Shown: positions 19,306 to 27,959 of the stretch, piece after piece | How positions within the stretch are numbered: position 1 is the stretch's first letter | Layout: the number at the start of each line of letters is the position of its first letter | IMG/VR virus record: IMGVR_UViG_3300010052_000176 | Coordinates: 1-47,501 of that record | Source of the DNA: a virus | Lineage: Duplodnaviria; Caudoviricetes | Reading direction: 5' to 3' (one strand) | DNA: 47,501 nt | Position numbers and translations under genes: made by a program | Notes under the pieces: generated by a model | Databases searched by the model: none | Seen by the model: the letters and a program-made list of their open reading frames with translations, nothing else | What the model was told of the DNA's origin: nothing

Positions 19306-19314
19306 CGATAACGG
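19306..19314 (+). promoter_or_regulatory. CGATAACGG candidate late promoter
   Basis: Intergenic, 9 nt before ATG 19324. Confidence 0.65.
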
Positions 19315-19323
19315 AGTCGAGCC

Positions 19324-19497
19324 ATGAACGGCTTGGAAGAGATGCTGAGGCGGCTTCTGGAGTGCCACGGAAAGGCGATGCCTGAGAACGTGGCGGATGT
19401 GGAAACCGCCCTGAGCATGGTCATTGAAGACCGCTACGAAGAAGGAGTTCGCGAGGGAGTGTCGGCAAAACCCACCCTCGCGGAACTCGCAGCCTAG
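19324..19497 (+). CDS. Small hypothetical protein (MNGLEEMLRRLLECHG...)
   Basis: 57 aa ORF with GGAG RBS. Confidence 0.5.
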   Translation: MNGLEEMLRRLLECHGKAMPENVADVETALSMVIEDRYEEGVREGVSAKPTLAELAA

Positions 19498-19586
19498 CCC
19501 GGCATGACGCCGGAGACATTCAGCACACGACGCGGAACGGAATCCGCGTCCGCTGAGACTAAACGAATTCCCGAGGGAGCGGAAGA

Positions 19587-19853
19587 ATGTTCGGTCTGGT
19601 GCGGAAGTCGAAATACGACGCACTGGCACGACGGTGCGATGAGGCCGACGCACAGCTTTCCCAGATCATGTTCCTCTGCCATCAGGTCGGGTGCGGTGGC
19701 GGTGAGATGAAGTCGCCGTATCGGTTGGTGAAGGAGCTGATTGACCGGGTTTACGTCGCGGCCTCAACGGTCGCGGCTGCTGAGAAGATTGACCAATTCA
19801 ATCGTGGCATGCTCGCCGAGCGAGAAGCCGCGAAGTCGCGTCACGCTGCGTAG
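19587..19853 (+). CDS. Hypothetical protein
   Basis: GGGAG RBS; MFGLVRKSKYD start. Confidence 0.6.
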   Translation: MFGLVRKSKYDALARRCDEADAQLSQIMFLCHQVGCGGGEMKSPYRLVKELIDRVYVAASTVAAAEKIDQFNRGMLAEREAAKSRHAA

Positions 19854-19868
19854 TTGCAGAAGTCCCAC

Positions 19869-19957
19869 GGAAGGGCCGGCAGTAGAAAGAGCCAAGCAGT
19901 CTCGAAAACTGTGACCGCGCCTCGTCGCGGTGGTGGGTTTGACTCCCACCCTTTCCG
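19869..19957 (+). tRNA. tRNA-Ser(CGA), atypical D and T loops, CCA not encoded
   Basis: Acceptor GGAAGGG/CCTTTCC, discriminator G, anticodon arm GCAGT-CTCGAAA-ACTGT, long variable arm ACCGCG/CGCGGT, T arm GTGGG-TTTGACT-CCCAC. Confidence 0.8.
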
Positions 19958-19986
19958 CTTTGTTTCGCTCACGTCAAGGAAGATCC

Positions 19987-21327
19987 ATGCCCGAAGTCCA
20001 GGCTACCGCCGCGCCCATTGAAGACACCCCTGCCGTTGACGCCGTCGCGAAACCGGAAGTTGCGACGGCCGAGGCCCTGACTGCCACGGTGGATGCTCCG
20101 ACCGCTCCGGTTGCGGTGGAAACTGTCGCCGTGGCCGACCCGGAGTCCGCCGTTGAAGTCGCCGTTCCGGTGGCTGAGGCGGCTCCGGTCGATCCATCCC
20201 CGCCGGAGCTTGCACCAGCTCCGGCCGAACCGCCGGTGTCCTCTCCTGCACCGGCGGTTCCTGAATCACTGGAAACCCTGAGCGAGGGTACGCCAACGAT
20301 CGCCGAGCTTGCGGGACATCCGGTCATGGCCACGACCGCGCCCCCCGCCTCCGCATCTGAGGCAGAAATCGCTACGCCGGGTGTCATTGCGACCCCGGCT
20401 GAAATCATCGGGGCCGTTGACACTGCGGATGAACAATCGGCAGGGAACGTCACGGCCCCTCTTTCACTCGCCACGGAAGGAGAGCCCGTTGCTGTCGCCA
20501 TCCCTGATGAACGTCCTGTCGAACCTGAACCCGCCCGAGCCGAAGAAGCACTCCCTGCGGTCGCTGAAGGAGGCGATGGGGGATCGGCCGATCCGGTGGA
20601 CGAACCCGCCGCCGCACCTGAACAACCGGCCGAGCCTGTCGCCGCCGGAAGTGATCCCGCCGCACGAGTGGAATCCGGCGTGGGGACCGATGCCGTGGCA
20701 GTTGCAGAACTGGCCGCCGCTGAAGACGGGGACGCCAATCCCGAACCCGTTCACAGTGACGTGCCTGTGACCGAGACACTCCCCGCCGAAGCGATCCCGG
20801 TTGAAGAGCCGGTCAAAGAAGACGCCGAGGCAGCCGCACCTGCGGAAGTGGTGGACGCTCCGGCGTCGGCCCCTGTCGGGGATCAGCCCTCGCCGGAACC
20901 GGAGGCTGATGCGCAGCTCCCCGAAGCAACGGCGGACGCCGCACCCATCAATACTGACAGCGTCCCGCCCGCTTCGGAAACGCCGGGGGAGACCCCGGCC
21001 GAACAACCCTCCGCCCTGGAGAAGGTCGCCGACGATCTCGCGACCAACTACGGACTGGAGAAGGCGTCGTGGCTCGTGGCCCTGAAGTTCGCCGCGAAGT
21101 CCCTGAACGCGGAGGGCGATGTCCTTGCCGCGATCAAGCAGGACAACGCTGACGGCCGCGAGAAGATGAGCCGCGCCTGCCGCCGGGCGACCAATGAGGC
21201 CTTCCCGGATTTCCCCAACGATGAGCGGGTGAGCATCGCCCGCGAACTGGCGGCGATCCTGAAGGAAATGGCGGACAAGGCCGATAGCGACCACGTACAG
21301 GCCGCCATCGCCGAAGCCCTCTCATGA
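19987..21327 (+). CDS. Acidic Ala/Pro/Glu-rich low-complexity protein with helical C-terminal domain
   Basis: AAGGA RBS; about 360 aa of A/P/E/V-rich sequence followed by a globular tail. Confidence 0.75.
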   Translation: MPEVQATAAPIEDTPAVDAVAKPEVATAEALTATVDAPTAPVAVETVAVADPESAVEVAVPVAEAAPVDPSPPELAPAPAEPPVSSPAPAVPESLETLSEGTPTIAELAGHPVMATTAPPASASEAEIATPGVIATPAEIIGAVDTADEQSAGNVTAPLSLATEGEPVAVAIPDERPVEPEPARAEEALPAVAEGGDGGSADPVDEPAAAPEQPAEPVAAGSDPAARVESGVGTDAVAVAELAAAEDGDANPEPVHSDVPVTETLPAEAIPVEEPVKEDAEAAAPAEVVDAPASAPVGDQPSPEPEADAQLPEATADAAPINTDSVPPASETPGETPAEQPSALEKVADDLATNYGLEKASWLVALKFAAKSLNAEGDVLAAIKQDNADGREKMSRACRRATNEAFPDFPNDERVSIARELAAILKEMADKADSDHVQAAIAEALS

Positions 21328-21956
21328 CCCCTCTGACCTACCGAGACTACGCAGCGGTCGCGCAGGATTGCGACATCGCCCTCTGGCGACCGCTGCCGTT
21401 CTCTTGGAAGTCTCCGAAGTCGTGGTTGGCGTGGGGAAGGTACATCGACCGCTACACCGGGAACTGCGGTTACTCGCATGTCACCGGAGTTCTTCACTGG
21501 CCGAATGTCGATCGGTGGATGAGCTGTGGTTATGAGGAGCGGAAGGGTGGATTCGCGGAACCGCTGGATGCGGTCGTGGAAAAGCACGGCGGGCGGATTG
21601 ATGTGTTCCGCGTGAAGGCGTCGGAGTGGGAGGCTGCCGAGGCGTCCCGCGTGTGTGTGTCGCGTCGGCTGGGGCAGGATCTTGGGGGGCGGTATGCGTG
21701 GTCGAACATTCGGCTCATTGCATCGCCGTTGCTTCCGATCATCGGTCTGTTCACGCCGCGTGGTGAGCATGAGGAATTGGTGGCCAAGGCGGCGGGGTCG
21801 CGCCGCGAGGGAATCTGTTCGCAGCATGTGGCCCGGTCGTTTCTCGCGTGCGGGATTCGGCTGTGCAAGAAGCCGTTGGATCGCACGACCCCGAATGACC
21901 TGTGGCTGACGAGCGCCACGGAATACGTCTGCACTCTTGTCAGGGATGACACATGA
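21324..21956 (+). CDS. Permuted papain-like NlpC/P60 amidase (YaeF/YiiX-like)
   Basis: DIALW, YSHV (His first), ICSQHVA (Cys later), TPNDL. Confidence 0.8.
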   Translation: MTPLTYRDYAAVAQDCDIALWRPLPFSWKSPKSWLAWGRYIDRYTGNCGYSHVTGVLHWPNVDRWMSCGYEERKGGFAEPLDAVVEKHGGRIDVFRVKASEWEAAEASRVCVSRRLGQDLGGRYAWSNIRLIASPLLPIIGLFTPRGEHEELVAKAAGSRREGICSQHVARSFLACGIRLCKKPLDRTTPNDLWLTSATEYVCTLVRDDT

Positions 21957-23560
21957 CGATGGCCCTCAGTTATCACCCCCAGGGACCGCGGGAAGCCCTC
22001 GCGCGTTTGGCCCTGGTTGCCGCTGCTCTCTGTTCAGTGGTGACGTTCGCCGCGCGGCATGCGCGGGCGGACAACCCTCGCGGGACGACCTGTCAGGATT
22101 GCGTCGTCGTGATCGGCGGATGCTCCGGCGTCTGTGTCTCGCGTGAAGGTCATATCCTCACGGCCGGGCACTGCAAGACGCAGGACGTGGAAGAGATCAC
22201 GTGGCCGGACGGGCGGAAGGTTCAGGCCCACAAGCTCTACGATAACGGCAAGGCGGAAGGCTGCGTCGTCTTCGACTGCGACGGGGAGGGATACCCGTTC
22301 ATTCCGGTTTCGCAAACGGTCCCTCAGTTGGGGGATGTGGTCTACTCGGGCGGATACCCGGCGCGGAATGGCGTCCGGGCGTTTGAGCAGAGCCAGGGGA
22401 AGGTTCTCGGCGGAGCGATCCGCAACGAAGGGAGCGATGAGTTCCTTTGCAACATGACCACGGACATGGGGCTTGCTGGTGGCTGGTCCGGGGGTCCGCT
22501 GATTAACGCGCGCAGTGAAGTCATCGGCGTCTGTAACGGGTTCGAGTGGCAAGAGTCACTCACGGGCCAGAGGGTCAGTCCCACGGTCTCCCGGTTCGTC
22601 GCGTGGTCGACGGTGCGAGAAGCCTACGAAACGGCGGTGACACCTTCGGGTGAGTTCACCGTCTATCTCCGTCACGACTGCGCGCCGTGCGATCGGTTCA
22701 AGGCGGACTGCGATTCCTTCGATCAGCGGCTCCTGCGCGGCGTGTTCAACGGAGTTCCTTTCCGGGCGTTGATGACGACCGGAAGCGGCCCGCGATTCTT
22801 CTGCAATGGGGCATCGTCAGAGGGGTACAGGGGCCGGGCCGAACTCAATGCGTGGCTCGGCCAGAACGTCCGCCGGAGTCGCCGCAACGATCCGGTGTCC
22901 CCCTCGCCGCTTCAGCCGTACACGCCACCGATCAATCCCTATGTCGAAGACTGCCCGGGTGGTGTCTGCCCGGCCGATGGTCCGCAACGCTACGTGCGCG
23001 CGCCGAAGACTCCGCAGATGCAGGCGGAGGAAATCAAGCTCGTGGTGTGCGTCAACCTGGGTTACTCCACTGGGGTTGAGGCTCGGAAGTGGGCGGCCAG
23101 CATCACGCAGTCCAAGCTCAACGATCTCTGTGCGTCACAGGGTTTGAATGCGTCGACCTACATCGTGTCTCGGGATCTCAACCCGGAGTCGTATGACCGC
23201 TTCGCGAAGTCGGTCGGGGTGGATGTGAAGTTCGCCGTGGTCGCGTTCATTCCGGAAAGGGATGATGCGTCCGGTCTCATTCGCGGGCGGATCACCACGC
23301 AGATTGAACGCATCGTCAAGGACAAGCTGGACGGGAAACCGCTGGCCCTGGTCTTCGAGCGACAAGACCCAAAGAAGTTCGATGAGGGCGTGGCGGCGCT
23401 GCTGCTGTTCTCGCCGGATGAGAGTGATCCCCAAGCCCCGTTCACGTTCACGGGGACGGTTCTGTGGGGAATCATGCAGGACAAGTCGAGGTTGCTGGAT
23501 GGCATCGTGAACCGCCTGAAGTGGCTCGCGGGGAAGCTCATCGGAAAGGTTCAATCATGA
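21953..23560 (+). CDS. Secreted trypsin-like serine protease with thioredoxin-like CxxC segment
   Basis: Signal/TM helix; CSGVCV..ILTAGHC; GWSGGPL; CAPCDRFK; CPGGVCP linker. Confidence 0.85.
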   Translation: MTMALSYHPQGPREALARLALVAAALCSVVTFAARHARADNPRGTTCQDCVVVIGGCSGVCVSREGHILTAGHCKTQDVEEITWPDGRKVQAHKLYDNGKAEGCVVFDCDGEGYPFIPVSQTVPQLGDVVYSGGYPARNGVRAFEQSQGKVLGGAIRNEGSDEFLCNMTTDMGLAGGWSGGPLINARSEVIGVCNGFEWQESLTGQRVSPTVSRFVAWSTVREAYETAVTPSGEFTVYLRHDCAPCDRFKADCDSFDQRLLRGVFNGVPFRALMTTGSGPRFFCNGASSEGYRGRAELNAWLGQNVRRSRRNDPVSPSPLQPYTPPINPYVEDCPGGVCPADGPQRYVRAPKTPQMQAEEIKLVVCVNLGYSTGVEARKWAASITQSKLNDLCASQGLNASTYIVSRDLNPESYDRFAKSVGVDVKFAVVAFIPERDDASGLIRGRITTQIERIVKDKLDGKPLALVFERQDPKKFDEGVAALLLFSPDESDPQAPFTFTGTVLWGIMQDKSRLLDGIVNRLKWLAGKLIGKVQS

Positions 23561-23823
23561 TCTCGGGATTCATTGCGGCGATCGGTCTCACGAATCTGTT
23601 GGCGGGTCCGGCCATTGGCCTGGTCTTCAGTGCCATCCGGATCTTCAGTGCGGGTCGGCAAGCGGTCCAGGTCGGGGCAGTCGTCGCCAAGGCGGTGGGC
23701 GCTGCGACGGAGAAGACGGTGTCGAGCACGGCCGTCGCGCCGCGTGACACGCCTGTCGAGCTACCGAAGGCGGTGGCCAAGCCTGCTCCGGTTGTGGTTG
23801 TTGCGCCGACTCAGGCGGCCTGA
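23557..23823 (+). CDS. Small membrane protein (holin candidate)
   Basis: ATGA coupling; hydrophobic N-terminus. Confidence 0.5.
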   Translation: MISGFIAAIGLTNLLAGPAIGLVFSAIRIFSAGRQAVQVGAVVAKAVGAATEKTVSSTAVAPRDTPVELPKAVAKPAPVVVVAPTQAA

Positions 23824-23824
23824 A

Positions 23825-23833
23825 CGATAACGG
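23825..23833 (+). promoter_or_regulatory. CGATAACGG candidate late promoter
   Basis: Intergenic, upstream of the DUF4406 cluster. Confidence 0.6.
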
Positions 23834-23836
23834 TGT

Positions 23837-23861
23837 GCCCCGCAGACGCGGGGCTTTCTTT
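23837..23861 (+). terminator. Intrinsic terminator-like hairpin
   Basis: GCCCCGC-AGAC-GCGGGGC followed by TTTCTTT. Confidence 0.6.
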
Positions 23862-23878
23862 CTCAAGGAGGGGACTTG

Positions 23879-24346
23879 ATGAAGGTGTTTATTCTCGGCC
23901 CGATGTCGGGCTACAAGGGTTTCAACTTCGACCGCCTGGATGTGGCCGAACTCTATTTGATTGAGATGGGCATGATGCCCGTCAATCCGGCCCACTTCCG
24001 CCGGGAGATGATGCAGATTGATCCGATCGACTACCCGAAGGGACTGTGGTCGGACAACCCGCGACTCTCTCCCCGGCGGGCCGCTCAGTACGCCGCGATG
24101 GCGATCGCCTATGACACGGGCGAGATGATGAAGTGTGACGCGGTGGCCGTGCTTCCCGAGGCCCAGGGTTCGGATCACTGCTACACGCTGTGTGGTCTCG
24201 CGCGGGCGGGCGGCAAGTCGATCATCGAGCTGCACCCCAACTGCATCGACACCACGAAGGCCCGGGCGGAGCGGCCGGACGAGCCCGAGTCGAACGCGGC
24301 GATCCTCCCGATGACGCCGCCGGCCCCGCAGTCGGAGTCCGCGTGA
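23879..24346 (+). CDS. DUF4406 / nucleoside 2-deoxyribosyltransferase-like protein, copy 1
   Basis: KVFILGPMSGYKGFNF..VNPA..CDAVAVLP. Confidence 0.75.
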   Translation: MKVFILGPMSGYKGFNFDRLDVAELYLIEMGMMPVNPAHFRREMMQIDPIDYPKGLWSDNPRLSPRRAAQYAAMAIAYDTGEMMKCDAVAVLPEAQGSDHCYTLCGLARAGGKSIIELHPNCIDTTKARAERPDEPESNAAILPMTPPAPQSESA

Positions 24347-24699
24347 GGACAACGTATCTCGCCGGGCCCATGCGTTCTTATCCGCTTTTCAACTTCCCCG
24401 CGTTCGATGCGGCGGCGGCTGAACTCCGGAAGGCCGGCCACTTCGTTCTGAACCCGGCGGAGCATGACCGCCACGACCTTGGCTTGCGGCCCGAGGATTT
24501 CCCCACGGGGCAGTTCTCGGACGCGGGCTGGAATGACGAACGGGTTGCCCACTTCATGCGGCAGGCGTTCGCGTGGGACATCGCGGCCATCTGCCGGGCC
24601 ACGACGATCGCGTTGCTGCCTGGGTGGGAGAAGTCCGCTGGCGTGGCCGTGGAACTCGGGGCCGCCCGGCTCCTCAAACTGGAGGTAATCGAACTGTGA
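24343..24699 (+). CDS. DUF4406 protein, copy 2
   Basis: YLAGPMRSYPLFNFPAF..VLNPAE..LLPGWEKSAGVAVE. Confidence 0.85.
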   Translation: MRTTYLAGPMRSYPLFNFPAFDAAAAELRKAGHFVLNPAEHDRHDLGLRPEDFPTGQFSDAGWNDERVAHFMRQAFAWDIAAICRATTIALLPGWEKSAGVAVELGAARLLKLEVIEL

Positions 24700-25127
24700 G
24701 TATCCGGGATCAATGGTTGAAGCCGCCGGCCACGCACGACCAGTTCTTCCGGCCGCTCGCCGCCAGTGAGTTGCCCGACACGGGCGACCGGACCTCGTTC
24801 GAGACTGGCGCCGTTCGTGACGCCAGCGAAGGCAAGGGCCTGCCGTCCGAGATTCCCCCGTGTGCCCTGCGCCGGATCGCCCTGCGGTTCGGTCAGGGCG
24901 CCGTGAAGTATGAACGCGGGAACTGGCGGAAGGGGATTCCGATCACTCGCTACCTGGATGCCATCGCCCGCCATTCGTGGTCACTGGCTGAAGGGGACGC
25001 GGAGGAAGATCACGCCGGGGCTGTCGCGTGGAACTCTGTCGCCATGATCTGGACGCTGGAGGAGATCGAGGCGGGGCGGCTTCCGAAGGAACTGGATGAC
25101 CGGCCGTTTCTCCGTGCGACCCGATAA
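24696..25127 (+). CDS. dATP/dGTP diphosphohydrolase-like protein (DUF5664-like)
   Basis: FETGAVRD..GKG..GAVKYERGNWRKG..EDHAGAVAWN. Confidence 0.85.
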   Translation: MSIRDQWLKPPATHDQFFRPLAASELPDTGDRTSFETGAVRDASEGKGLPSEIPPCALRRIALRFGQGAVKYERGNWRKGIPITRYLDAIARHSWSLAEGDAEEDHAGAVAWNSVAMIWTLEEIEAGRLPKELDDRPFLRATR

Positions 25128-25130
25128 CGG
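25122..25130 (+). promoter_or_regulatory. CGATAACGG candidate late promoter (contains the upstream stop codon)
   Basis: 20 nt before ATG 25151. Confidence 0.55.
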
Positions 25131-25150
25131 GGAGTCATACGGAGCGGGTC

Positions 25151-25423
25151 ATGTGGGCCGATGAAGACGACGATTGGTCCGACGATCCTGAAGACTGGAA
25201 CTTTCCACCGCCGGGGCACATGCAGAGCTACTTCACCTCTGGCGGACTGGACGAGGCCACGGTCACGATCGGGGACGACTTCCAGTTCCGGCATTTGGTT
25301 CCGCACAACGAGGACGCTGAGTCGGAACCGGAGCCTGCGGGCGGCCTGCTGTTTGTTGAGGACTTCGAGGACGGTTGGTTCCGTCGCCGCTGGGAGCGGT
25401 TGAAGTTCCTATTCCGGCGATAA
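25151..25423 (+). CDS. Acidic hypothetical protein
   Basis: GGAG RBS, 90 aa. Confidence 0.55.
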   Translation: MWADEDDDWSDDPEDWNFPPPGHMQSYFTSGGLDEATVTIGDDFQFRHLVPHNEDAESEPEPAGGLLFVEDFEDGWFRRRWERLKFLFRR

Positions 25424-25437
25424 CCCAGGGAGGGGAT

Positions 25438-26505
25438 ATGTCACGCGAGTGGACCACTGACGAAGTGACCGCCGCGCGCCGCATGCGGGATTCCGGAATG
25501 GCGTGGGGTGACATTGGAAGCAAGCTGGATCGCACGGGGGCGGCCGTTCGCTCTCGTGTCTGGTCAGTGACGCCGCCAGTTGCTCTGAAGTCGAAGGAGG
25601 ATGCGGGCCGGATTCGCCAACTTGAGCGGTTGGTGGAAAAGCAGGCGGAGGCGCTGGAGCGATCCCGTGCACCTCGCGTTCGATTGCCGTCGCGTCAGTC
25701 GTCAAAGACTCAGTCGGGCGACTTCACTCGCGTCATAATCCCGGACAGCCACGGTTGCCACATTGACCCGGAGGCCGCCGCCGCATTCCTCTCGGACCTC
25801 GAAGCACTGAGGCCCCGCGAAATCATCATGCTTGGGGACCACCTCGATTGCGGTGGGTTCCTCGCGCAGCATCACACGATGGGGTTTGTCGCTGAGACGG
25901 AGTATTCGTTTGACGACGATGTCGGGGCGTGCAATCAGTTCCTTGATGAGATCCAGCGGCGAGCGCCGGGCGCGGAGATCCTGTACCTCGAAGGGAACCA
26001 CGAGCGGCGCATCGAGAAGTGGTGCGTGACTCAGGCTCTCGCGAATCAGAAGGATGCGAACCTGTTGCGGCGGATGTTCTCCACGGAGGCGGTGCTCTCG
26101 CTGGAGAAACGTGGGGTCAAGATTTTCAAGCAGGGCGTGAAGTACGACGGACTTCCGATCCCGGCCACAATCAAGCGGGGTAAGTGCCACTTCACGCATA
26201 GCGATCGATGCAGTGTCCACGCGGCGGCGGCGATCCTGTCAGCGTTCGGCGGCAACGTGGTCTATGGCCATACGCACCGCGCGGACAGCTTCACGCGGAG
26301 GACGGTGACGGGCGGCGTCATCGGGGCGTGGAACCCTGGCTGCCTCTGCAAGCTACAGCCGTACTGGAATCACACCGCGATCACCGGGCATTCGCACGGC
26401 TACGCGATTCAGTTCCAGCGTGAGTCGGAAGAGTTCCTGCACGTCAACGTGCCGATCATCGACGGCAAGTCGCTGTTGGTGCCGCTGACGAAGCTGGTGT
26501 CCTGA
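25438..26505 (+). CDS. Calcineurin-like metallophosphoesterase with N-terminal HTH-like region
   Basis: PDSHG, GDHLD, GNHE, GHTHR; N-terminal WTTDE..WGDIGSKLDRT. Confidence 0.9.
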   Translation: MSREWTTDEVTAARRMRDSGMAWGDIGSKLDRTGAAVRSRVWSVTPPVALKSKEDAGRIRQLERLVEKQAEALERSRAPRVRLPSRQSSKTQSGDFTRVIIPDSHGCHIDPEAAAAFLSDLEALRPREIIMLGDHLDCGGFLAQHHTMGFVAETEYSFDDDVGACNQFLDEIQRRAPGAEILYLEGNHERRIEKWCVTQALANQKDANLLRRMFSTEAVLSLEKRGVKIFKQGVKYDGLPIPATIKRGKCHFTHSDRCSVHAAAAILSAFGGNVVYGHTHRADSFTRRTVTGGVIGAWNPGCLCKLQPYWNHTAITGHSHGYAIQFQRESEEFLHVNVPIIDGKSLLVPLTKLVS

Positions 26506-26606
26506 GTTCTTGTACGGCCGGGCGTTTCCCCGGAAGCCGATCTTGGGGTGCGTCACCGTGACGAACGGGGTTCCGCACTTCGAGCCGATGAAAGCGTGAG
26601 GGGACG

Positions 26607-26828
26607 ATGGGACAAGGCGAATCTGTGTTCCTTGGGTTCTGTAGTGGGTTGCTCATGCTGTCGGGGCTCATTGGCCTTGCTGGGACTGATCCGCAGTCGG
26701 TGCGTCATTCCGTGAGGGCGGAGGCTGTCACCGCTGGCGTTGCCAAGTGGACCGTGAACGAGCAGGGCGAAAAGGGCTTTGAGTGGATCGCCTGCCAGTG
26801 CCCGGCCGATTGCCCGTGCCCGAAATGA
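26607..26828 (+). CDS. Small membrane-anchored protein
   Basis: N-terminal TM helix, GAGGGG RBS. Confidence 0.55.
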   Translation: MGQGESVFLGFCSGLLMLSGLIGLAGTDPQSVRHSVRAEAVTAGVAKWTVNEQGEKGFEWIACQCPADCPCPK

Positions 26829-26983
26829 CCTGCCCCAAATGCCAAGGGCAGCAGCGACATCCCGTCCCGCTGCCTCATCCGAAGGTAGGATACTCGCTCC
26901 GCCCCTGCATTCGTTGTCACGGAACAGGGGAGACGAAACCCACGCCCGTTCCGAGCGGGAACGAACAGGCGAAATGGATCTGA
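26825..26983 (+). CDS. Small DnaJ-type Zn-finger protein
   Basis: CPKCQG...CIRCHGTG. Confidence 0.5.
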   Translation: MTCPKCQGQQRHPVPLPHPKVGYSLRPCIRCHGTGETKPTPVPSGNEQAKWI

Positions 26984-26984
26984 A

Positions 26985-27224
26985 ATGACTCAGCAGCACG
27001 ATAATTCCGGAGCCCTGTTCCGCGTCGACAAGCCCAAGTCCGACAAGCATCCATCCCACAGCGGGATGGCGACCATCAACGGCGTCGAATACTTCATGGA
27101 CGCATGGGTTAACGAGAAGAAGGACGGCACGGGGAAATACTTCTCCGTGAAGTTCAAGGCCAAGGGGCAGTCCACACCGCGCGGTGAGGAGTCGCAGGCC
27201 CCGAGCGAAGAACCTGCATTCTGA
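26985..27224 (+). CDS. Small phage protein, DUF736-like / putative ssDNA-binding
   Basis: DNSGALF..SDKHP..G..INGVEY..AW..GKYFSV; acidic tail ending EEPAF. Confidence 0.65.
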   Translation: MTQQHDNSGALFRVDKPKSDKHPSHSGMATINGVEYFMDAWVNEKKDGTGKYFSVKFKAKGQSTPRGEESQAPSEEPAF

Positions 27225-27234
27225 AAGGGGAGCG

Positions 27235-27441
27235 ATGTACCGAAGGAAGAAGCAGCCGTGGCGGGAGGCACTCGCCAAGCTGACCTCAGAGCAAAAGGAT
27301 TTGATGCTGCACGCAGTCCTTGAATGGCAGCTCGATCAACTGGCAGGCGACAGCGACGTGCGTTTCCGTGAAGCAGAGGACGGAGACCCGGACGACTTCT
27401 ATTGGGACAGTTGCGGCGACTCACTGATTGGACTCCCCTGA
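27235..27441 (+). CDS. Hypothetical protein
   Basis: GGGGAG RBS. Confidence 0.55.
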   Translation: MYRRKKQPWREALAKLTSEQKDLMLHAVLEWQLDQLAGDSDVRFREAEDGDPDDFYWDSCGDSLIGLP

Positions 27442-27593
27442 TGCTCCGCGTGAATCTCGATCCCCTCGCTGAAGCAATGCGGGACTCCGGCGACCGGCTG
27501 GCGGTCTACGTCGTGATCGCGGCCGGAATCTTCACGCTCGCCCACTTCTCCGGCTGCCTACTGATCGCACTGGCCATCAAGCACCGACCGTGA
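27441..27593 (+). CDS. Small membrane protein
   Basis: TGATG coupling; hydrophobic segment. Confidence 0.45.
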   Translation: MLRVNLDPLAEAMRDSGDRLAVYVVIAAGIFTLAHFSGCLLIALAIKHRP

Positions 27594-27766
27594 AAGACCT
27601 CTGGCCCGTCCTGATCGTCTTCGCCTGGTTCATCCCCTGCGCCGCCTTGGGGATCGCCATGCACGAATTCCCCCGAGAGACCTCCGTCGCCGTCACCGTG
27701 GCGACGGGGGTCTTTCTGTTGGGGCTGCTCTGCCGGAAGCGAGAGATGCGGCAGGCCACCCGATAA
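27590..27766 (+). CDS. Two-TM small membrane protein (holin candidate)
   Basis: MKDLWPVLIVFAWFIPCAALGIAM...VAVTVATGVFLLGLLCRKREMRQATR; basic C-terminus. Confidence 0.5.
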   Translation: MKDLWPVLIVFAWFIPCAALGIAMHEFPRETSVAVTVATGVFLLGLLCRKREMRQATR

Positions 27767-27769
27767 CGG
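27761..27769 (+). promoter_or_regulatory. CGATAACGG candidate late promoter of the terminase operon (leaderless)
   Basis: ATG 27773 lies 6 nt after GATAA. Confidence 0.65.
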
Positions 27770-27772
27770 GCC

Positions 27773-27952
27773 ATGAGCTTCGATACCAGCTACCCGAATC
27801 GGAAGGACTGGCGTCGTCCATACCACGACTGTCAATCCTTCGACCGATCCTGCCGACCACACGGCGGAGACCCGTGGGTTGCAAACGGCCGGCTCCACAA
27901 ACACCGGAAGCGGGAACTCTCCGCAACCGAACAAATCCGCGAAGCACACTGA
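27773..27952 (+). CDS. Small hypothetical phage protein
   Basis: MSFDTSYPNRKDWRRPY..FDRSCRPHGGDPW. Confidence 0.55.
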   Translation: MSFDTSYPNRKDWRRPYHDCQSFDRSCRPHGGDPWVANGRLHKHRKRELSATEQIREAH

Positions 27953-27959
27953 GCGTCCA

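Noticed and set aside
19868-19958. tRNA-Sec or allo-tRNA interpretation
   Set aside because: Anticodon is CGA and the 7/5 fold with discriminator G fits Ser; the extra C-G pair is probably incidental
22240-22248. CGATAACGG inside the protease gene as a promoter
   Set aside because: Intragenic (encodes YDNG) and far from a gene start; may be chance
24696-25127. 2-aminoadenine (Z) or 7-deazaguanine DNA modification pathway
   Set aside because: Only a diphosphohydrolase-like gene is present; no PurZ, DpdA/Que genes or phage DNA polymerase seen
26506-26606. Hairpins and CGTCACCGTGACG inverted repeat after the phosphoesterase
   Set aside because: Single occurrence, no ribozyme or riboswitch core recognised; short GC-rich stems are expected by chance
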